Source: Psammoneis japonica | Taxonomy: Eukaryota | Length of the DNA: 64,000 bases | NCBI GenBank assembly: GCA_008632985.1 | Contig: QPGO01000055.1 | Location: 124,001-188,000, forward strand | Direction of reading: 5' to 3' | Part shown: one piece after another, positions 62,101-64,000 of the stretch | Layout of the letters: each line of letters opens with the position of its first letter | Numbering within the stretch: position 1 is the first letter of the stretch | Program-made: the position numbers and the translations under genes | Notes under the pieces: generated by a model | The model's database searches: none | Seen by the model: the letters and a program-made list of their open reading frames with translations, nothing else | Told to the model about the DNA's origin: nothing

Positions 62101-64000
62101 GCAAAACCCGGAGACGATTCACCGAAGAATTGACAGACCATCCCGGGATGGCGAAAAAACAGATACGACCGGATCTCTTTCTGCAATGGCGAATCTTTGC
62201 GTAACCAGCGACGGCCTGGAAGTCCTTGTTGTTGACGACAGTGGCAGACATTTTGCCGGTGCACAGGCCTTGACTCTCTTCTCGATAGGCTGTATCTCGT
62301 TTAGTCGAACGAGGCGCAGTCAAGAGCACGATGTCTATGTACCTTCCGATGCTGAGAACGTTTCTTCAGATCTACGGCCGGCTGTATTTACCAGCTTTCA
62401 AATTGCTTCTATCATTATGCTTGACTGTTTGCAGCAGCCTGAGTCGAAGTTTCGAGTAATCGCGACCAGTCATGTTTCCCCGTCGGAAGGGAGGAACATG
62501 TCTGATGCTGACGTCGGCGTGGTCGATGGCACACAGCACAATCATACGACACCTAGAAGTTTCAAGATGAAGTGGGCTGATTTTTGTTGTGTTCGAGACG
62601 AGATATGGGGTTTTATTGAATCGCCTTCCTTTTTGGAAAGGGTACGATGGGCTTGGCAAGGAGAAGTCGCTTCAGACTTGAGTACGGCATCAAAGCGTTC
62701 AGGAGAAAAACCTGTAGACAGTTTTAAGCTGGTGGAGGTGACTGTCAAAAGTGACGTTTCAACTCAATGCGACGTGAAACTCAGATCCTTTAAGCTCCAA
62801 TGGAATCCTTCCACTGTAATCGCTCTCCAAAGATTTCTCGGGAGGCTCAAGAAAGAAGCGAAGGCAAAGTTCGCGACAGTGGAGCACGCGCAACCACAAA
62901 ACGCCAGTGTTGCACAATACAGAGAAACTGCTGTGGGTACGAGCGCTACAGTTGTGGACGTCTCCTTTGAGTCGCTGTCTCTCTATTTGAATAAAGAGCA
63001 TCAGAATAGGCGGGTATTAGAAGCAAGCGTCAAAGGGACAAAATTACTTCTTGAATGTAAAAATGGCATTGTTTGTTTGAATGCTTCGGTGAATGATTTT
63101 GGTGCTTGGGATCCTGACGACTATGCTTCAAGGCGTTCCCTCGGGATCCAACCCAGCAATAGGGAACTCGTGCACGTCATCGATGGAGAGCGTGGTGATA
63201 AAATGGAGAAACAGTTTCTGAAGGTGCGTTACAAGACATTTTGGGAATCAAGTCCTCGTCAACACCTTGGCGTTCTTCCCGACTGGGTTTTATCGCACGG
63301 TGATCCTACACCAGCAAATATCGACGATTTCCTAAGCATTTCAATCGCTTCTCTTCGACTTACATATGTTCGCGAACGTACCGAGGAGATTTTGGACTAT
63401 CTATCCAACGGTCTTCCTGGCAAAGGTATGGGGGCTACGTCTCGGGCTGCAAAAACATTTATCAACAAAAGGATACAAACAAGAAGCTTTCTTCAACTTG
63501 ATGTACGCGCCCCTCAAATTGTTATCCCTCGCCACGAGAATTCTCGAAGTGGCGTGGTTCTTCGCCTAGGTACGCACTGAAGTAGCACTCTCTATAACTT
63601 TTTTCGTTTTCATAACGGTCTTTCATGTCTTTACTTGCAGGGGATGTCGGAGTAAAGAGCTGGTTTGAAGGACGCGTTAATGTCACACAGAGCGACTCGG
63701 ATCTTTCGGATAGGCCAAACGAGTGGTGGCGTGTCCTAACTGTGTCGGCATTGGGTATTGGTTGCAGCATGCTCGAAGAGCAAGCCCCTAGAGACCGTGA
63801 CGTAACAAAGAAAGAGCTCGTCGATCTTCAACTGACATTGCGCAAACCCACATGGTATGAACGAACTATCAGCATTCGGGGCGATTTGACCTCTTTAGAT
63901 CTTGCGTTGAAATACACTGATTATCTGTTGCTTCGAGCTGTGCTTCGTGAGAACGTGGGGCGAGATATTGATACGACGTGCTGGGATAATGTCGAGAAAG
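56133..64000 (+). CDS. VPS13: VPS13-family lipid transfer protein, 5' part (many frameshifts; runs off the window)
   Basis: Chorein-N start MFERYLTDAL..FGHFVQNLD..VRLSAWHGELVLEDL, IHIRYED, WWRYA, LVDIDVVAPVILVP, LTIDLG and LDVRAPQIVIP; intron ~63569-63640. Confidence 0.88.

Overview
Eukaryotic, gene-dense genomic DNA, most likely from a diatom (short GT-AG introns, a CoDi-type Ty1/copia element, signal-peptide-bearing plastid-type proteins). Ordinary genes: SmD1, RsfS/Iojap, an ER-type ankyrin protein, an LDH/MDH-family dehydrogenase, MOB1, PCNA, ARF1, a CPBP protease, DUF501, GRWD1/RRB1, a Ser/Thr kinase, a DODA/LigB dioxygenase and VPS13. These alternate with five fairly sharply bounded blocks (about 16.1-27.3, 29.4-30.2, 30.7-31.3, 40.8-46.4 and 50.9-53.3 kb) from which TpA has almost disappeared and in which TpG/CpA is very abundant. 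A copia element with both LTRs (9927-16128) captures the process part-way. Its two 208-bp LTRs differ at 14 sites: 13 are TpA->TpG or TpA->CpA and one is CpG->CpA. Conserved Tyr codons in gag/pol have become Cys or His. This points to a repeat- or heterochromatin-targeted, TpA-specific A:T->G:C hypermutation process, opposite in direction to fungal RIP, which I do not recognise as described. The responsible enzyme is not visible in this window. Frameshifts in conserved genes suggest indel errors in the assembly, so read-level validation is needed.
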